From Nitrospirales bacterium (GTDB lineage: Bacteria; Nitrospirota; Nitrospiria; Nitrospirales; UBA8639), in assembly GCA_965223295.1 (NCBI GenBank), contig CBDCWC010000002.1, forward strand, positions 672,001-736,000: a stretch of 64,000 nucleotides of DNA, given 5' to 3'. Positions 1 through 9,772 of the stretch are shown in pieces (positions within the stretch are counted from its first letter, which is position 1; each line of letters starts with the position of its first letter). Both the position numbers and the translations under genes were made by a program. Below the pieces are notes generated by a model. It saw only the letters and a list, made by a program, of their open reading frames with translations. It did no database searches and was not told the DNA's origin.

Positions 1-537
1 AAAGCCCACACGCGCCAAGAGAGAAAGGACTAATGGAATTTCAAAGGCAAAGCCAAAGGCCAAGAGAAATTTGACATTGAAATCAACATAGGTCCCCACC
101 GCCAATTCAGGAGTAATCGCTCGGTCCATCCCAAAAGTGACAAAGAAGTTGATGACGAGCGGCAAGATAATCAAGTTACAAAACACCAGCCCTAAGAGAA
201 AAAATCCTAGCCCCAGAAAAAACAGTGGAACAGCCCACTTCTGCTCTTTCTGGAGCAAGGATGGCTCAATAAACTTCCAAAATTGATAGAGAATCATGGG
301 CACACTCACAACCACAGCCGCTAAAAAAGAAATTTTAATAGAAGCGAATAGGGCCTCGGCAGGTGCGTAAAAAATTAAATCGTCTTCGAATGGCCGCTTA
401 AACCATTCGATCAACAAGGATGAGTAGGAAAAGGCCACGACAAAAAACACCATGATCGTGGCCCCCACGATAATAAGCCGACGCTTGATCTCTTTGATAT
501 GGCGCTGGAGGGGGTGCACCACCATATTCATGGCCAT
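1..537 (-). CDS. tatC: Twin-arginine translocase subunit TatC (runs off the window start)
   Basis: Manual translation MAMNMVVHPLQRHIKEIKRRLII...FYAPAEALFASIKIS...PMILYQFWKFIEPSL...FGFAFEIP; absent from ORF track because it is truncated. Confidence 0.9.
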   Translation of the reverse strand, partial: MAMNMVVHPLQRHIKEIKRRLIIVGATIMVFFVVAFSYSSLLIEWFKRPFEDDLIFYAPAEALFASIKISFLAAVVVSVPMILYQFWKFIEPSLLQKEQKWAVPLFFLGLGFFLLGLVFCNLIILPLVINFFVTFGMDRAITPELAVGTYVDFNVKFLLAFGFAFEIPLVLSLLARVGF

Positions 538-601
538 AGTTGGAGAAAAAGCAGCCATTATTCAGATACAAACCAGTGACGTGAGCAATGACAAAAGGTC
601 G

Positions 602-844
602 TTAGCTAGGCGTTCCAGCCTGTTCTAAGCTTGCACGATATTCCCGAATAAACGCCGCCATCCGATCTTTTTTTCCAAGCTTCTCTTTTTGAATGTGTTT
701 TTTTAAAAGTTCTTCTTGAGGGGTAAGTACATGGTGCTTCAGCAATTGCTGCAATTCGGCGTCTAACCGGTGGTGAGATTCTTCTAATTCGCGATACTCA
801 TCATTTGAATTCCGTAAATTCTCAATAATGTGATCATCGGTCAT
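602..844 (-). CDS. DUF465/YdcH-family small coiled-coil protein
   Basis: EYRELEESHHRLDAEL...KKEKL-like...KDRM pattern; start at MTDDHII preceded by a purine-rich RBS. Confidence 0.7.
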   Translation of the reverse strand: MTDDHIIENLRNSNDEYRELEESHHRLDAELQQLLKHHVLTPQEELLKKHIQKEKLGKKDRMAAFIREYRASLEQAGTPS

Positions 845-922
845 AGTGGGTTTCCCCCTTTCACCTGGTTCATGTTGAAATTGTGTGAATAGCGGTCTCA
901 TTCTTCACGACACATCCCACGC

Positions 923-1486
923 TCAGACCTCCTTTCTGTTTCGCGTGGCAATAGGTTCCAACGCCATAAGAATAGCATCCTCCGTAGGATTCGTATAGTA
1001 GGATTTTCGCGTGGCGTAGGATTGAAAATTAAAGCTTTTATAGAGATTAATGGCAGAATCATTAGACTCTCGAACTTCCAACATTCCTCGGCATGCGCTA
1101 GACTCGAGACCAATACTCAGGACTTCATGAATGAGTCGTTTAGCAAGTCCCTGACGACGAAATTCGGGATGAATGGCCAAATTGAGAAAGCGAATTTCCT
1201 CAAAAATAATCCATGCACAAATATAACCAATTGCTTGAACTTCAAGTCCATACTCCGGATGAGGGATGATAAGTACGTGGCTAAATTGATTGTCTATCAA
1301 CTCGGCCTCAAAACTTTTTCTGGACCAGGGGTAGGAAAAACAGGTTTCTTCTAGAGCCACTAGCACATCAAGATTCTTGGGTGTTGCTTGAAGAATATTC
1401 CATCGCGTCGGGTCATGCATAATGCAACCCTGTGACTGTTTTCTTTCTAAAGCTAATCGTGATATCTCCTCACGCTCATCTATCAT
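923..1486 (-). CDS. rimI: Ribosomal-protein-alanine N-acetyltransferase
   Basis: GNAT motifs FSYPWS, NLAIHPEFRRQGLA, LEVRESN, RKSYY; abuts tsaB. Confidence 0.9.
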   Translation of the reverse strand: MIDEREEISRLALERKQSQGCIMHDPTRWNILQATPKNLDVLVALEETCFSYPWSRKSFEAELIDNQFSHVLIIPHPEYGLEVQAIGYICAWIIFEEIRFLNLAIHPEFRRQGLAKRLIHEVLSIGLESSACRGMLEVRESNDSAINLYKSFNFQSYATRKSYYTNPTEDAILMALEPIATRNRKEV

Positions 1487-2194
1487 TTAGGGAGTCCTAG
1501 ATGCATCCGGAACTTGAGAGAACGACTCAGAAGTTTTTGCATATGACGGCTGAATATAGTGAGGCGCACAACCTTCAGGAAGATAGCGTCTTTCCTCGAG
1601 CAGTTTTTCCCCAGCCTGCCCGACGCTTTTTGCGGACGGCCACACGGCCTCTGAAGGAGCTTCCACAATAGGAAAACTCTGAACAGACAACCGTTCCTTA
1701 TTTCGCAGCCATCCATCCCCCAACAAGACTGTTGGTTCGGTCAACTCCTCAGAGATCTGACCAATCGTTCCGATTTGATCTGGTGTTATTCTCATGAGAG
1801 TCTGCTGTTGCCATCGGAAACGACTCCAATAGACCATATCTGCGCGAATGGCCACGGTACACATAATCGGCAACTCTTCAACCGGTAGATTCCACGCCAA
1901 ACCTTCTAACGTCGGGACCCCAACTAAGGGAATACCTAATGCCAGTCGAAAAGCCGTCATGGTCGCAAGCCCAACACGCAAACCCGTAAATGTTCCAGGC
2001 CCAATTGAGACAGCTAACCCTTCAAGGTTAGTCATTTTGAGCGAGGTTACCTCAAGAAGCTTATGAATGGCAGGAATGATTTGTGTGGTCAAAGAACGGG
2101 AAGAATCGCATTCTACATAGCCCAGAAGTTCATCATTCTGTAAAATGGCGACACTAGAGCATGATGTTGCCGTTTCGAGGGCCAAGACAATCAA
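1487..2194 (-). CDS. tsaB: tRNA threonylcarbamoyladenosine biosynthesis protein TsaB
   Basis: LALETAT and AVSIGPGTFTGLRVG motifs. Confidence 0.92.
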   Translation of the reverse strand: MIVLALETATSCSSVAILQNDELLGYVECDSSRSLTTQIIPAIHKLLEVTSLKMTNLEGLAVSIGPGTFTGLRVGLATMTAFRLALGIPLVGVPTLEGLAWNLPVEELPIMCTVAIRADMVYWSRFRWQQQTLMRITPDQIGTIGQISEELTEPTVLLGDGWLRNKERLSVQSFPIVEAPSEAVWPSAKSVGQAGEKLLEERRYLPEGCAPHYIQPSYAKTSESFSQVPDASRTP

Positions 2195-2246
2195 CGCAAA
2201 ACCATATTCTTATTCGTATGCCACATTCTTAAACATAACGGACTCC

Positions 2247-3056
2247 CTATGTCGCATTCAGAATGAGCTCTTGGAAATTCAAAGTAATCGAGCCTCCGCT
2301 TGGCCGATGATCTGTGGCATTCACCACAAAAGGCAATCGAAAAAGATCTCCCTCTGTGACAGAAGGCATCTTCACCTCCCGGTAATCTTCACATTCCACA
2401 GAGACAATCACATCGTCATACGATTGCCGATATTCAATAGCAGTCAATTCTAAAGTCTTCGCATCAACCCAGGTACGGACATGATACGTCTCTTCGCTTT
2501 TGTGATCCTCAGTCTGTCGAGCCGCCATATCTAAACGATAATGCGTAGAAGATTTCGAAATATGGATATCTTCTCTTGATAACCCTTCGATTTTCCCCAA
2601 GACGGCATCAAGGGCTCGAATACTCAAATGAACAGTTTGATCCCATTGAGTGCCAGCACTTCCCTCATCTATTTCGCCGGTAATAAGATTATTTTCAGCT
2701 GGAAAATAGAGTTGATACTGACTTCCTTCACGATGAAAATCCATCATAGGAACCCCGACTCGTAAAAACCCCCGTAGATGCACTCTGTCAGGACTCACAT
2801 AGGACACCATCCCATTAAAGCCCTGTGAAAATGGAAGCCCTGACCCGGAAATGGAGGCTCGAAAGAGTCCTCGAAGCGTGCGGATCATGCTTTCTTTTTG
2901 ACGCAACGTTTCAAGCACAACACGGCTTTGCTCGTGAGATAGAGGAGTAAACGCCCCCTGGTTCATGGCGGTACAACCCACCAGCCACACCATGAATGTG
3001 ACCACCATGCCTTTAAGAAAAACCGAAGATTTTCTCAAAAAGTGTCTATCTCTCAC
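2247..3056 (-). CDS. Putative lipoprotein, possibly LolA/LolB-like beta-rich fold
   Basis: 269-aa ORF with LVGC lipobox, abutting radA; fold is a guess. Confidence 0.55.
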   Translation of the reverse strand: MRDRHFLRKSSVFLKGMVVTFMVWLVGCTAMNQGAFTPLSHEQSRVVLETLRQKESMIRTLRGLFRASISGSGLPFSQGFNGMVSYVSPDRVHLRGFLRVGVPMMDFHREGSQYQLYFPAENNLITGEIDEGSAGTQWDQTVHLSIRALDAVLGKIEGLSREDIHISKSSTHYRLDMAARQTEDHKSEETYHVRTWVDAKTLELTAIEYRQSYDDVIVSVECEDYREVKMPSVTEGDLFRLPFVVNATDHRPSGGSITLNFQELILNAT

Positions 3057-4436
3057 TTACACCACCGGAGATAAAACCACATCCCAAATTTCCTCAATTT
3101 CCTGAATGCCCAACACCTCTATTCCTTCAATGGGCTTCCATTGCTTAAGGTTCGAGTTGGGCACCACGCATCGTGTAAACCCCAACTTCATGGCTTCTCG
3201 AATGCGAAGATCGGCATGTTGAACGGGCCGCACTTCTCCGCCAAGACCCACTTCACCCATGACAGCAAGACGGGCATCAAGACCCGTTTCTCGAAAACTC
3301 GATAACACCGCACACACAATTCCGACATCGACTGTAGGCTCATCAATTCGCAGCCCGCCCACAACATTGATATACACATCATGCCCGGTAAAATGCAGGC
3401 CTAACCGTTTTTCCATCACCGCCAATAATAACGCAACCCGATTGTTTTCTATTCCCTTAGCCATTCGTTTGGGCATGGGGTAACTGGTTTCAGCCACCAG
3501 AGCCTGTAGCTCCACCAATAACGGACGAGAGCCTTCGACACTGGACACGACAACAGACCCCGGACTTGTTCCGATGCGGCCAGTTAAAAACATAGCTGAA
3601 GGATTATCCACTTCAGTAAGACCTTCATCTTTCATTTCAAACACGCCGATCTCATTGGTCGGTCCAAACCGATTTTTGACAGCACGAAGAATGCGGTAGC
3701 TTTGGCCTTTGTCCCCTTCAAAATACAACACCGTGTCAACAATATGCTCCAACAAGCGTGGCCCGGCTATCACTCCTTCTTTTGTGACATGACCAATGAT
3801 GAATACAGGAACATTCATACGTTTGGCATACCACATGAGTTGGCAGCCAATTTCCTGAACTTGACTCACACTTCCCGGAGCCGAAGTCAACTCTCCCGAG
3901 AACACAGTTTGAATGGAATCGACGACCAAGACATGCGGCCTTACGGTTTCGGCTACTTGAAAAATTTCTTCAAGGGCCGTGGCAGCAACAACGTATAAAT
4001 TGGGAGGCCGAATTCCTAACCGGTCGGCTCGCATTTTGATTTGCTGAGGAGATTCTTCCCCCGAGACGTACAGACCAATTTCTGCCGACTGCTCTAAAGA
4101 ATTGAGGGTTTGTAGCAGTAAGGTGGTTTTGCCAATACCTGGATCGCCACCGATGAGAACAACCGACCCTGGCACCACCCCACCACCAAGTACGCGGTTT
4201 AATTCTTCTATCCCAGATTGCAGACGAAATTCGTGTGTCTGATTGATCGCCCCGATCGGAATCGCTTCCGGGGTACTGCCAGCGACCGTGCGCTGCTTTA
4301 GGGCCGAAGCATTTCGCTGGACTTCTTCCCGCAGAGAATTCCATTCCCCACATTCTGGGCATCGGCCACTCCAGCGAACACCCTGGTGACCGCATTCCTG
4401 ACAGACAAAGCGTGTTTTAGATTTAGCCGCTTTCAT
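3057..4436 (-). CDS. radA: DNA repair protein RadA/Sms
   Basis: C4 zinc finger CQECG...CPECG, Walker A GDPGIGKTT, KNRFG motif. Confidence 0.97.
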   Translation of the reverse strand: MKAAKSKTRFVCQECGHQGVRWSGRCPECGEWNSLREEVQRNASALKQRTVAGSTPEAIPIGAINQTHEFRLQSGIEELNRVLGGGVVPGSVVLIGGDPGIGKTTLLLQTLNSLEQSAEIGLYVSGEESPQQIKMRADRLGIRPPNLYVVAATALEEIFQVAETVRPHVLVVDSIQTVFSGELTSAPGSVSQVQEIGCQLMWYAKRMNVPVFIIGHVTKEGVIAGPRLLEHIVDTVLYFEGDKGQSYRILRAVKNRFGPTNEIGVFEMKDEGLTEVDNPSAMFLTGRIGTSPGSVVVSSVEGSRPLLVELQALVAETSYPMPKRMAKGIENNRVALLLAVMEKRLGLHFTGHDVYINVVGGLRIDEPTVDVGIVCAVLSSFRETGLDARLAVMGEVGLGGEVRPVQHADLRIREAMKLGFTRCVVPNSNLKQWKPIEGIEVLGIQEIEEIWDVVLSPVV

Positions 4437-4456
4437 CGTGTTCTGTTAGTGATACT

Positions 4457-4647
4457 GGGTCTGTTGAAAAAAGCCGCCAGCGGCGTTCTCGCCATTGTTC
4501 CGTGCTCACGTCGTGCCAGGACGCTCCGCGCGCAACAATGGCTGCGGCCTTACTGGACGAACTTTTTTGAACAGACCCGACGTTGTTGATCGCCAAGGGC
4601 TTCATGGCGAAATATGGCTCTTGATATCTTCATTATTCAACACTCCC
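4457..4647 (+). mobile_element. ~190-bp MITE, copy 1
   Basis: Ends GGGTCTGTTGAAAAA...TTATTCAACACTCCC; flanks ATACT/ATGCT (4 of 5 match). Confidence 0.85.
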
Positions 4648-4668
4648 ATGCTGAAACGGTCTCCTTCA

Positions 4669-5535
4669 TTAGAGATGGCGGCGAACACGGGACCAATCAG
4701 TCAAAATAATAGCTCGCCGTGGAAAGCGCTCATCGTTTTCAGGGAAAGGTAAAATAAGGGTTTGCAAACGGTTTTTCACGAGCACTTCGGCAAAGTCTGC
4801 GGTGCGCCCGATTCCGCCGCTGACGTTTTCCCATCCTTCTTCCTTAAAGTGCATGAGCAATTCACTTAAAGCCGTCGCTGTACCGGGAAGAATACGAATC
4901 ACGCCTGGTGGAAAATGCTGTGCTCGCAACCATGATTGAATCCCATCCAACTTTCCCTTTCCAGTCCGATCCAAATACACAAGGTTATAATAAAACTTTG
5001 CTAATTTATGAAGTTCCGCAGGGGCAGCAGCATTCGGAGTCCCAAAAACCAATCCAGGATCTGGAAACAGATCGGGAGGGGGAGCCTGGGTGTCAAATTC
5101 ACGGTCGACCAACACTGCCAAATCAATCAGCAATATAGGCCGTCGTCTCTCCCAGGACAAAACGACACCGTTTCCTGACACCACATTGGCTTTTGCAGAA
5201 GTTGCCCACTTAGCTTGTAATGATAAATTGCCCCGCATTTTAGGGGTAAACTCTAGATGCGCCCAACCATTGTCATTAGTCGAGGCTTGGCCAATCTTAC
5301 GCCCCTGAATGGAAAACTCCACCGGCTCTTCAGACATTCCGATTTCACCATTTGGACCCTGTTCAGTCAGGCGGGCTTGCAATTGGACAGTCTTACTCGG
5401 GAATGTCAGAGCATCAGTTACGAATAGTTCAATATTCCGGTCTCCCGGCCACACCATAAAAGGGCAAGCGAAACACATCATTACGATAGTGCTCCAAACG
5501 AAACTCCATCTCAAATCTTTTCGTATGTTCCACAT
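4669..5535 (-). CDS. Hypothetical membrane-anchored protein with Ig-like domain and degenerate HAD-like C-terminal domain
   Basis: N-terminal hydrophobic helix; QARL...PVEF...STNDNGWAHL Ig-like segment; ILLIDL and GGIG motifs. Confidence 0.5.
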   Translation of the reverse strand: MWNIRKDLRWSFVWSTIVMMCFACPFMVWPGDRNIELFVTDALTFPSKTVQLQARLTEQGPNGEIGMSEEPVEFSIQGRKIGQASTNDNGWAHLEFTPKMRGNLSLQAKWATSAKANVVSGNGVVLSWERRRPILLIDLAVLVDREFDTQAPPPDLFPDPGLVFGTPNAAAPAELHKLAKFYYNLVYLDRTGKGKLDGIQSWLRAQHFPPGVIRILPGTATALSELLMHFKEEGWENVSGGIGRTADFAEVLVKNRLQTLILPFPENDERFPRRAIILTDWSRVRRHL

Positions 5536-5559
5536 GATTGTAGAGCGTTCACTTCATAG

Positions 5560-5799
5560 CTAAAAAAGTCCCCGCCCTCTCTTGCCAAAAGCAAACGCAT
5601 CGACTCCAGCAAAAATGCATAGTTGCAGATAAAACAACCAGCCCATCGGCCAGAAAAATTTGGAAATCACCAGCATGAGAACCCCACACACAAGAAAAAT
5701 TGGCGCACGCTTGACGCCTAAATACATATGTCCCATACCAGGCAGAATCGACAGCAGCGCAGCGCCCAGACCATTTAGCGTTTTTTCACGTTCATCCAT
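5560..5799 (-). CDS. Small membrane protein (TM2-like)
   Basis: AALLSILPGMGHMYLG signature. Confidence 0.6.
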   Translation of the reverse strand: MDEREKTLNGLGAALLSILPGMGHMYLGVKRAPIFLVCGVLMLVISKFFWPMGWLFYLQLCIFAGVDAFAFGKRGRGLF

Positions 5800-5879
5800 A
5801 AAAAATAGTCTTGCTGTATCTGGCCAGTAAACCGAAGCTATGGTCAACCATACCACGCACCCTGGCAGAGTGCCAAAGC

Positions 5880-6066
5880 GGGCCTGTTGAAAAAACCACC
5901 AGCGCCGTTCCCTGGCTTTGCCGGGCCTACTTCGCCGCAGTGGCTACGAAGGCTGAAAGCGGCTTCGTGCAGGCGAGCAGACTTTTTTGAACAGCCTCGG
6001 AGCTCTTGAAACCAAGGTCATTATAGGCAAATTTGCCTCTGGTGCGTTGTAATATTCAACACTCTC
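5880..6066 (+). mobile_element. MITE copy 2, degenerate; core replaced by nested palindromic modules
   Basis: GGGCCTGTTGAAAAAA...CTTTTTTGAACAGCCTC...ATATTCAACACTCTC; no clean target duplication. Confidence 0.7.
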
Positions 6067-6142
6067 AAGGAGGGCCACAAGCCAGAATATCTGATGAACC
6101 AAGTTAACCCAGAATACAAAAGTAGGACTGGCGGGAAAGAAT

Positions 6143-6427
6143 TTAGCCAAGCTTGCGCTTGCGTAACTCTTCTTCAAATGTTTTGTGATAGAGCACATCC
6201 CATTCCTGGGAACCTTCGGGAATATTGCGGGAATAGGATGCCAAACGGCCGCGAACATGTCGATCCAGCTCGGCTTCAACTTTCATATGTTCGGCAATGA
6301 CAAGTTTGACTTCACGAAGGACTTTGGCCTGACCACCAACCAACCTGGCTTGCGGCGCACTTTTCAAGCGGTCCAAAATGACATGAGATAAATGCATTTG
6401 CTTATCGTCACTGAGTGAAAGCGCCAT
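6143..6427 (-). CDS. DUF507-family protein
   Basis: LSDDKQMHLSHVI...RLASYSRNIPEGSQEWDVLY pattern; tandem with next gene. Confidence 0.7.
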   Translation of the reverse strand: MALSLSDDKQMHLSHVILDRLKSAPQARLVGGQAKVLREVKLVIAEHMKVEAELDRHVRGRLASYSRNIPEGSQEWDVLYHKTFEEELRKRKLG

Positions 6428-6472
6428 AGGAAGATTAGTTCCAATCAATCTGAATTGCGGCTACAGGTATCA

Positions 6473-6754
6473 CTATAAAACAAGTCCGCGTTCCTTAATC
6501 AGTTTTTGTTTGACCATTGAAAACATTTTCTGATAATCCGCGCGGCCTTCCGTAAACTCTCGATCAAACTGTTTGAGCATCTCACGCACATCGGCGTTCA
6601 ACCGATCTTCAACTTGCAATTCTGTTGTAATCGCCGACTCTACCTGTTGAATCACGGGATCGGGTTTTCCGTCGACTTGCAAAAGGCCTCGCTCCATCAA
6701 ACGTTCCACGACGATGGTAGCCATATGACGAACACGTGTGGTATTTAGTCGCAT
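6473..6754 (-). CDS. DUF507-family protein
   Basis: EDRLNADVREML...DYQKMFSMVKQKLIKERGLVL pattern. Confidence 0.75.
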   Translation of the reverse strand: MRLNTTRVRHMATIVVERLMERGLLQVDGKPDPVIQQVESAITTELQVEDRLNADVREMLKQFDREFTEGRADYQKMFSMVKQKLIKERGLVL

Positions 6755-7149
6755 GAGGTTCCCTCAGGAAGCAATTCGACTTGCATGGTGGTGGCCCCCA
6801 CCGCCTGTTGTAAGACTTTCGCGTCACCCTCTATCTTACCAATGACATTCACACGATCGGCAGGCACAGGGTCTTCTCCTAAACTCATGGGCGTCCGTCC
6901 AAAAAAAATGGCTAGCATTTCCCCTATGCCCCAAAACGCAACATCCCCTATTTTTACCTGATTTTTCGCGGTTTCCCGATAATCTTTCACACCTGGAACT
7001 TTACAATAAAATTCTTCTCCCCATTGATTCACCGGAGCATTGAGTGGAAGCGCATCGACGATGGCTTGAGCCGTCCGATTGGGTTTTAATTCAGCAACGA
7101 CTTGAATGCCACCAATAGTAATCTTGATCTTTTGTGCACGAAATTCCAT
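6745..7149 (-). CDS. Cyclophilin-like fold protein
   Basis: TAQAIVDALP...WGEEFY...GDVAFW...LAIFFGRTP...VNVIGKI. Confidence 0.75.
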   Translation of the reverse strand: MEFRAQKIKITIGGIQVVAELKPNRTAQAIVDALPLNAPVNQWGEEFYCKVPGVKDYRETAKNQVKIGDVAFWGIGEMLAIFFGRTPMSLGEDPVPADRVNVIGKIEGDAKVLQQAVGATTMQVELLPEGTSCD

Positions 7150-7264
7150 ATAGCCTCAATTTTTGTTGATATCCTGATACATGAACAATGAACAACTGCC
7201 GAATGTAGCTTGTCCTCTTGATGAAATCAAGGCTAGAATGAAATGCAGTTTGACCTGACTTTCT

Positions 7265-8041
7265 ATGTTGCCTTCGACATTTATCTTTTTACAGGGAATT
7301 GGAGAATCTACTGAAAAGAAGCTTTGGGAATATGGTATTCTCAACTGGGAGTCCTTTCTTCAAGAATCATCAATTCCCTTTATTTCTCCTGCTCGCAAAG
7401 CCCTGTATGATGCCATCCTGCAAGAAGCCAACGAGCAATGGCATCAAGGCAATTCCCGTTATTTCGCGAAATTATTAAAAGCCAGAGACCATTGGCGCCT
7501 GTACCCTCATTTTCGAACAAATACCGCATTTTTAGATATTGAAACTAATGGCCTTCCAGCACCACATGGAAAGATTACGCTTGTTGGAATTTATGGGCGG
7601 GGCCACATGACCACCTTGATTCAGGGGGAGACACTTTCCGAACATCGCCTGAAAGATGAACTCTCGTCATATGATTTATTCGTCACCTTCTTCGGCTCAG
7701 GATTTGATTTGCCCTTTCTGAAAGCCACTTACCCCTGCCTTCACATTGATCAACCTCATCTGGATGTCTGTTTTGCAGCAAGAAGGCTCGGCATGAAAGG
7801 CGGATTAAAAGCCATCGAATATGAAATAGGATGTCATCGGAAAAGCTCATTAGAAGGCTTAACGGGATGGGATGCCGTACGGCTGTGGCATGAATGGCAG
7901 AACGGGAGTCAAGCTTCGCGAGAAACCTTAATGGCCTACAATGAAGCCGACTGCAAGAACTTAGAACCCTTAACAGATCTGATTTGTGAGCGAATGGTCC
8001 AAGCATATGGTCCACCTGAAATGACGACTAGTTTTTTATGA
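7265..8041 (+). CDS. YprB-like RNase H-fold exonuclease
   Basis: AFLDIETNG, TFFGSGFDLPFL, GGLKAIE, YNEAD motifs; N-terminal GIG hairpin-like segment. Confidence 0.8.
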   Translation: MLPSTFIFLQGIGESTEKKLWEYGILNWESFLQESSIPFISPARKALYDAILQEANEQWHQGNSRYFAKLLKARDHWRLYPHFRTNTAFLDIETNGLPAPHGKITLVGIYGRGHMTTLIQGETLSEHRLKDELSSYDLFVTFFGSGFDLPFLKATYPCLHIDQPHLDVCFAARRLGMKGGLKAIEYEIGCHRKSSLEGLTGWDAVRLWHEWQNGSQASRETLMAYNEADCKNLEPLTDLICERMVQAYGPPEMTTSFL

Positions 8042-8853
8042 CTACCGTACCACCACAAACCTGGATTGGAGTTGGGCTCACCGATATCGGTCGAGTGCGC
8101 AAAATGAACCAAGATGCTTTTTCAGTTCATCACGATCAACAGTTGTGGGTTTTAGCAGATGGCATGGGAGGACATGCCGGTGGAGAAATTGCAAGTCAAA
8201 TTGCGGTGGAGACTATTCCAGAAGAGTTTCAACGTCTCCTAGCGGCAAGTCCAACGACTTCACTTGTTATAGAGACAGTTGAATCCTATCTTGTACAGAC
8301 TATAGAAACGGCGAATCAGCGTATTCGTACGCTAGCCAGCCAAAAAAGCGAACTAAAAGGCATGGGCACAACTATTGTAGTAGTCGTTATCACGCAGCAT
8401 AACAACACAAGTTACGCGGTAATCGCACATGCTGGAGATAGCCGTGCTTACTGCTTTCGCCAGGAAACCCTGACTCTCTGGACCAAAGACCATACGCTCA
8501 TGGAAGAGCGGCTGGCCCTCAAGATCATTACCCCGGAACAGGTTCGTACACATCCGCTCCGTCATGTGCTGACCAAAGGACTCGGCATTGATGTCCAAGC
8601 CCTTCCTACAGTTCAAACATATGAGTTAGAAGCTATGGACCTCCTCTTGCTCTGTTCAGATGGGCTCACCAAGATGCTCAGTGATCTAGAGATTCAAACA
8701 CTCCTCAAAAGGGGTGCGCCAAAATTGAAAGAAGTTGCGAACTCACTGGTGGATACAGCGAACCGCTTAGGAGGCGAAGACAATACAACGGTGATCGTGA
8801 TTGGGGCTGACTCAGACGCAACCCTGGTCAATGTGCCGCAGTCTACCGACTAG
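8038..8853 (+). CDS. PP2C-type Ser/Thr phosphatase (Stp1/PrpC family)
   Basis: RKMNQD, ADGMGGH, GDSRAY, CSDGL, GGEDNTT. Confidence 0.93.
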   Translation: MTTVPPQTWIGVGLTDIGRVRKMNQDAFSVHHDQQLWVLADGMGGHAGGEIASQIAVETIPEEFQRLLAASPTTSLVIETVESYLVQTIETANQRIRTLASQKSELKGMGTTIVVVVITQHNNTSYAVIAHAGDSRAYCFRQETLTLWTKDHTLMEERLALKIITPEQVRTHPLRHVLTKGLGIDVQALPTVQTYELEAMDLLLLCSDGLTKMLSDLEIQTLLKRGAPKLKEVANSLVDTANRLGGEDNTTVIVIGADSDATLVNVPQSTD

Positions 8854-9583
8854 GCCGTCGGAACAACGCCGACCACCCAAAATATCCAACTGCATCTTTC
8901 ATATTGGAAAACCAGCGGTGTGCGAACCCCATAGCGGGGTCCGTGACATACTGCATTGTCAAGACAATGCGCTCTTCTCCCTTAGCCGATGGGGTCACCG
9001 CATGATGCAATTTATCTCCATTGAAAAAAATACACGTTCCAGGTTCAGTGGCTAAGGAGAGCTCTTTGACCTGCTTCCCCGCATCTTTTGTATGAAGACG
9101 GCAAACTAGTCGACTGCTAGAATGATCACGCAAACCGATCAACACCGTATACCGGGCCCCTTTGTAATAGGAAGTATCATAGTGATAGCCAATATGATCG
9201 CCAGGCTCGGTATAAAAATAGAGCGCACAGGCATGGGGATCTTCATCTGGGCAGAGCAACAGGGGGGCTCCAGCCACCTGACTAAGAACACTGATCCAAT
9301 CGTTATTCTGATACAAGGTCAGCATAGAAGGAGCAGAATCTTGAAGAACATAAGAGCTTACGCTTCCGCCCTTTTTATGCTTAGGAATAAAGTTACGATT
9401 GATTTTTGGGCGGACAGTATCAACTTCCTGCATCAACTCATCGATCAAAGACGTTGGCAATAATCTCTCCAATGCCAAAAATTCTCCCTGTTCCCAATAC
9501 TGTCGTGACCAGTCGTCTCTATCGACCTGAGTTATAAGGTCTGAGACCTGCTGACTAGTACTATTGACTAAAATTGGCGACAT
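8843..9583 (-). CDS. 2OG-Fe(II) oxygenase (HalD/BesD-like scaffold)
   Basis: HYD facial motif, distal HHAVT, downstream Arg (ERIVL). Confidence 0.75.
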   Translation of the reverse strand: MSPILVNSTSQQVSDLITQVDRDDWSRQYWEQGEFLALERLLPTSLIDELMQEVDTVRPKINRNFIPKHKKGGSVSSYVLQDSAPSMLTLYQNNDWISVLSQVAGAPLLLCPDEDPHACALYFYTEPGDHIGYHYDTSYYKGARYTVLIGLRDHSSSRLVCRLHTKDAGKQVKELSLATEPGTCIFFNGDKLHHAVTPSAKGEERIVLTMQYVTDPAMGFAHRWFSNMKDAVGYFGWSALFRRPSR

Positions 9584-9772
9584 CTAAAATTCCTCTGCCT
9601 TACCGTTTTTCTCGACAGAAACTCACATATATATCTGGCTTTCTATCATGCCAGTAAAAAAACTGTATCGTCCAGCTAAATATCGTAGGTGACTTGACCA
9701 CCACCAGCTCAGACTTTTATCGTCTCGCTTGATGAATAAATATTTCAGATACATTTCTCACATTAAGGACTG

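Noticed and set aside
4386-4752. Recurring short ORFs such as WRERRWRLFSTDP and KKAASGVLAIVPCSR (also near 17250, 24038, 31748)
   Set aside because: They are translations of the MITE in varying frames, not a protein family.
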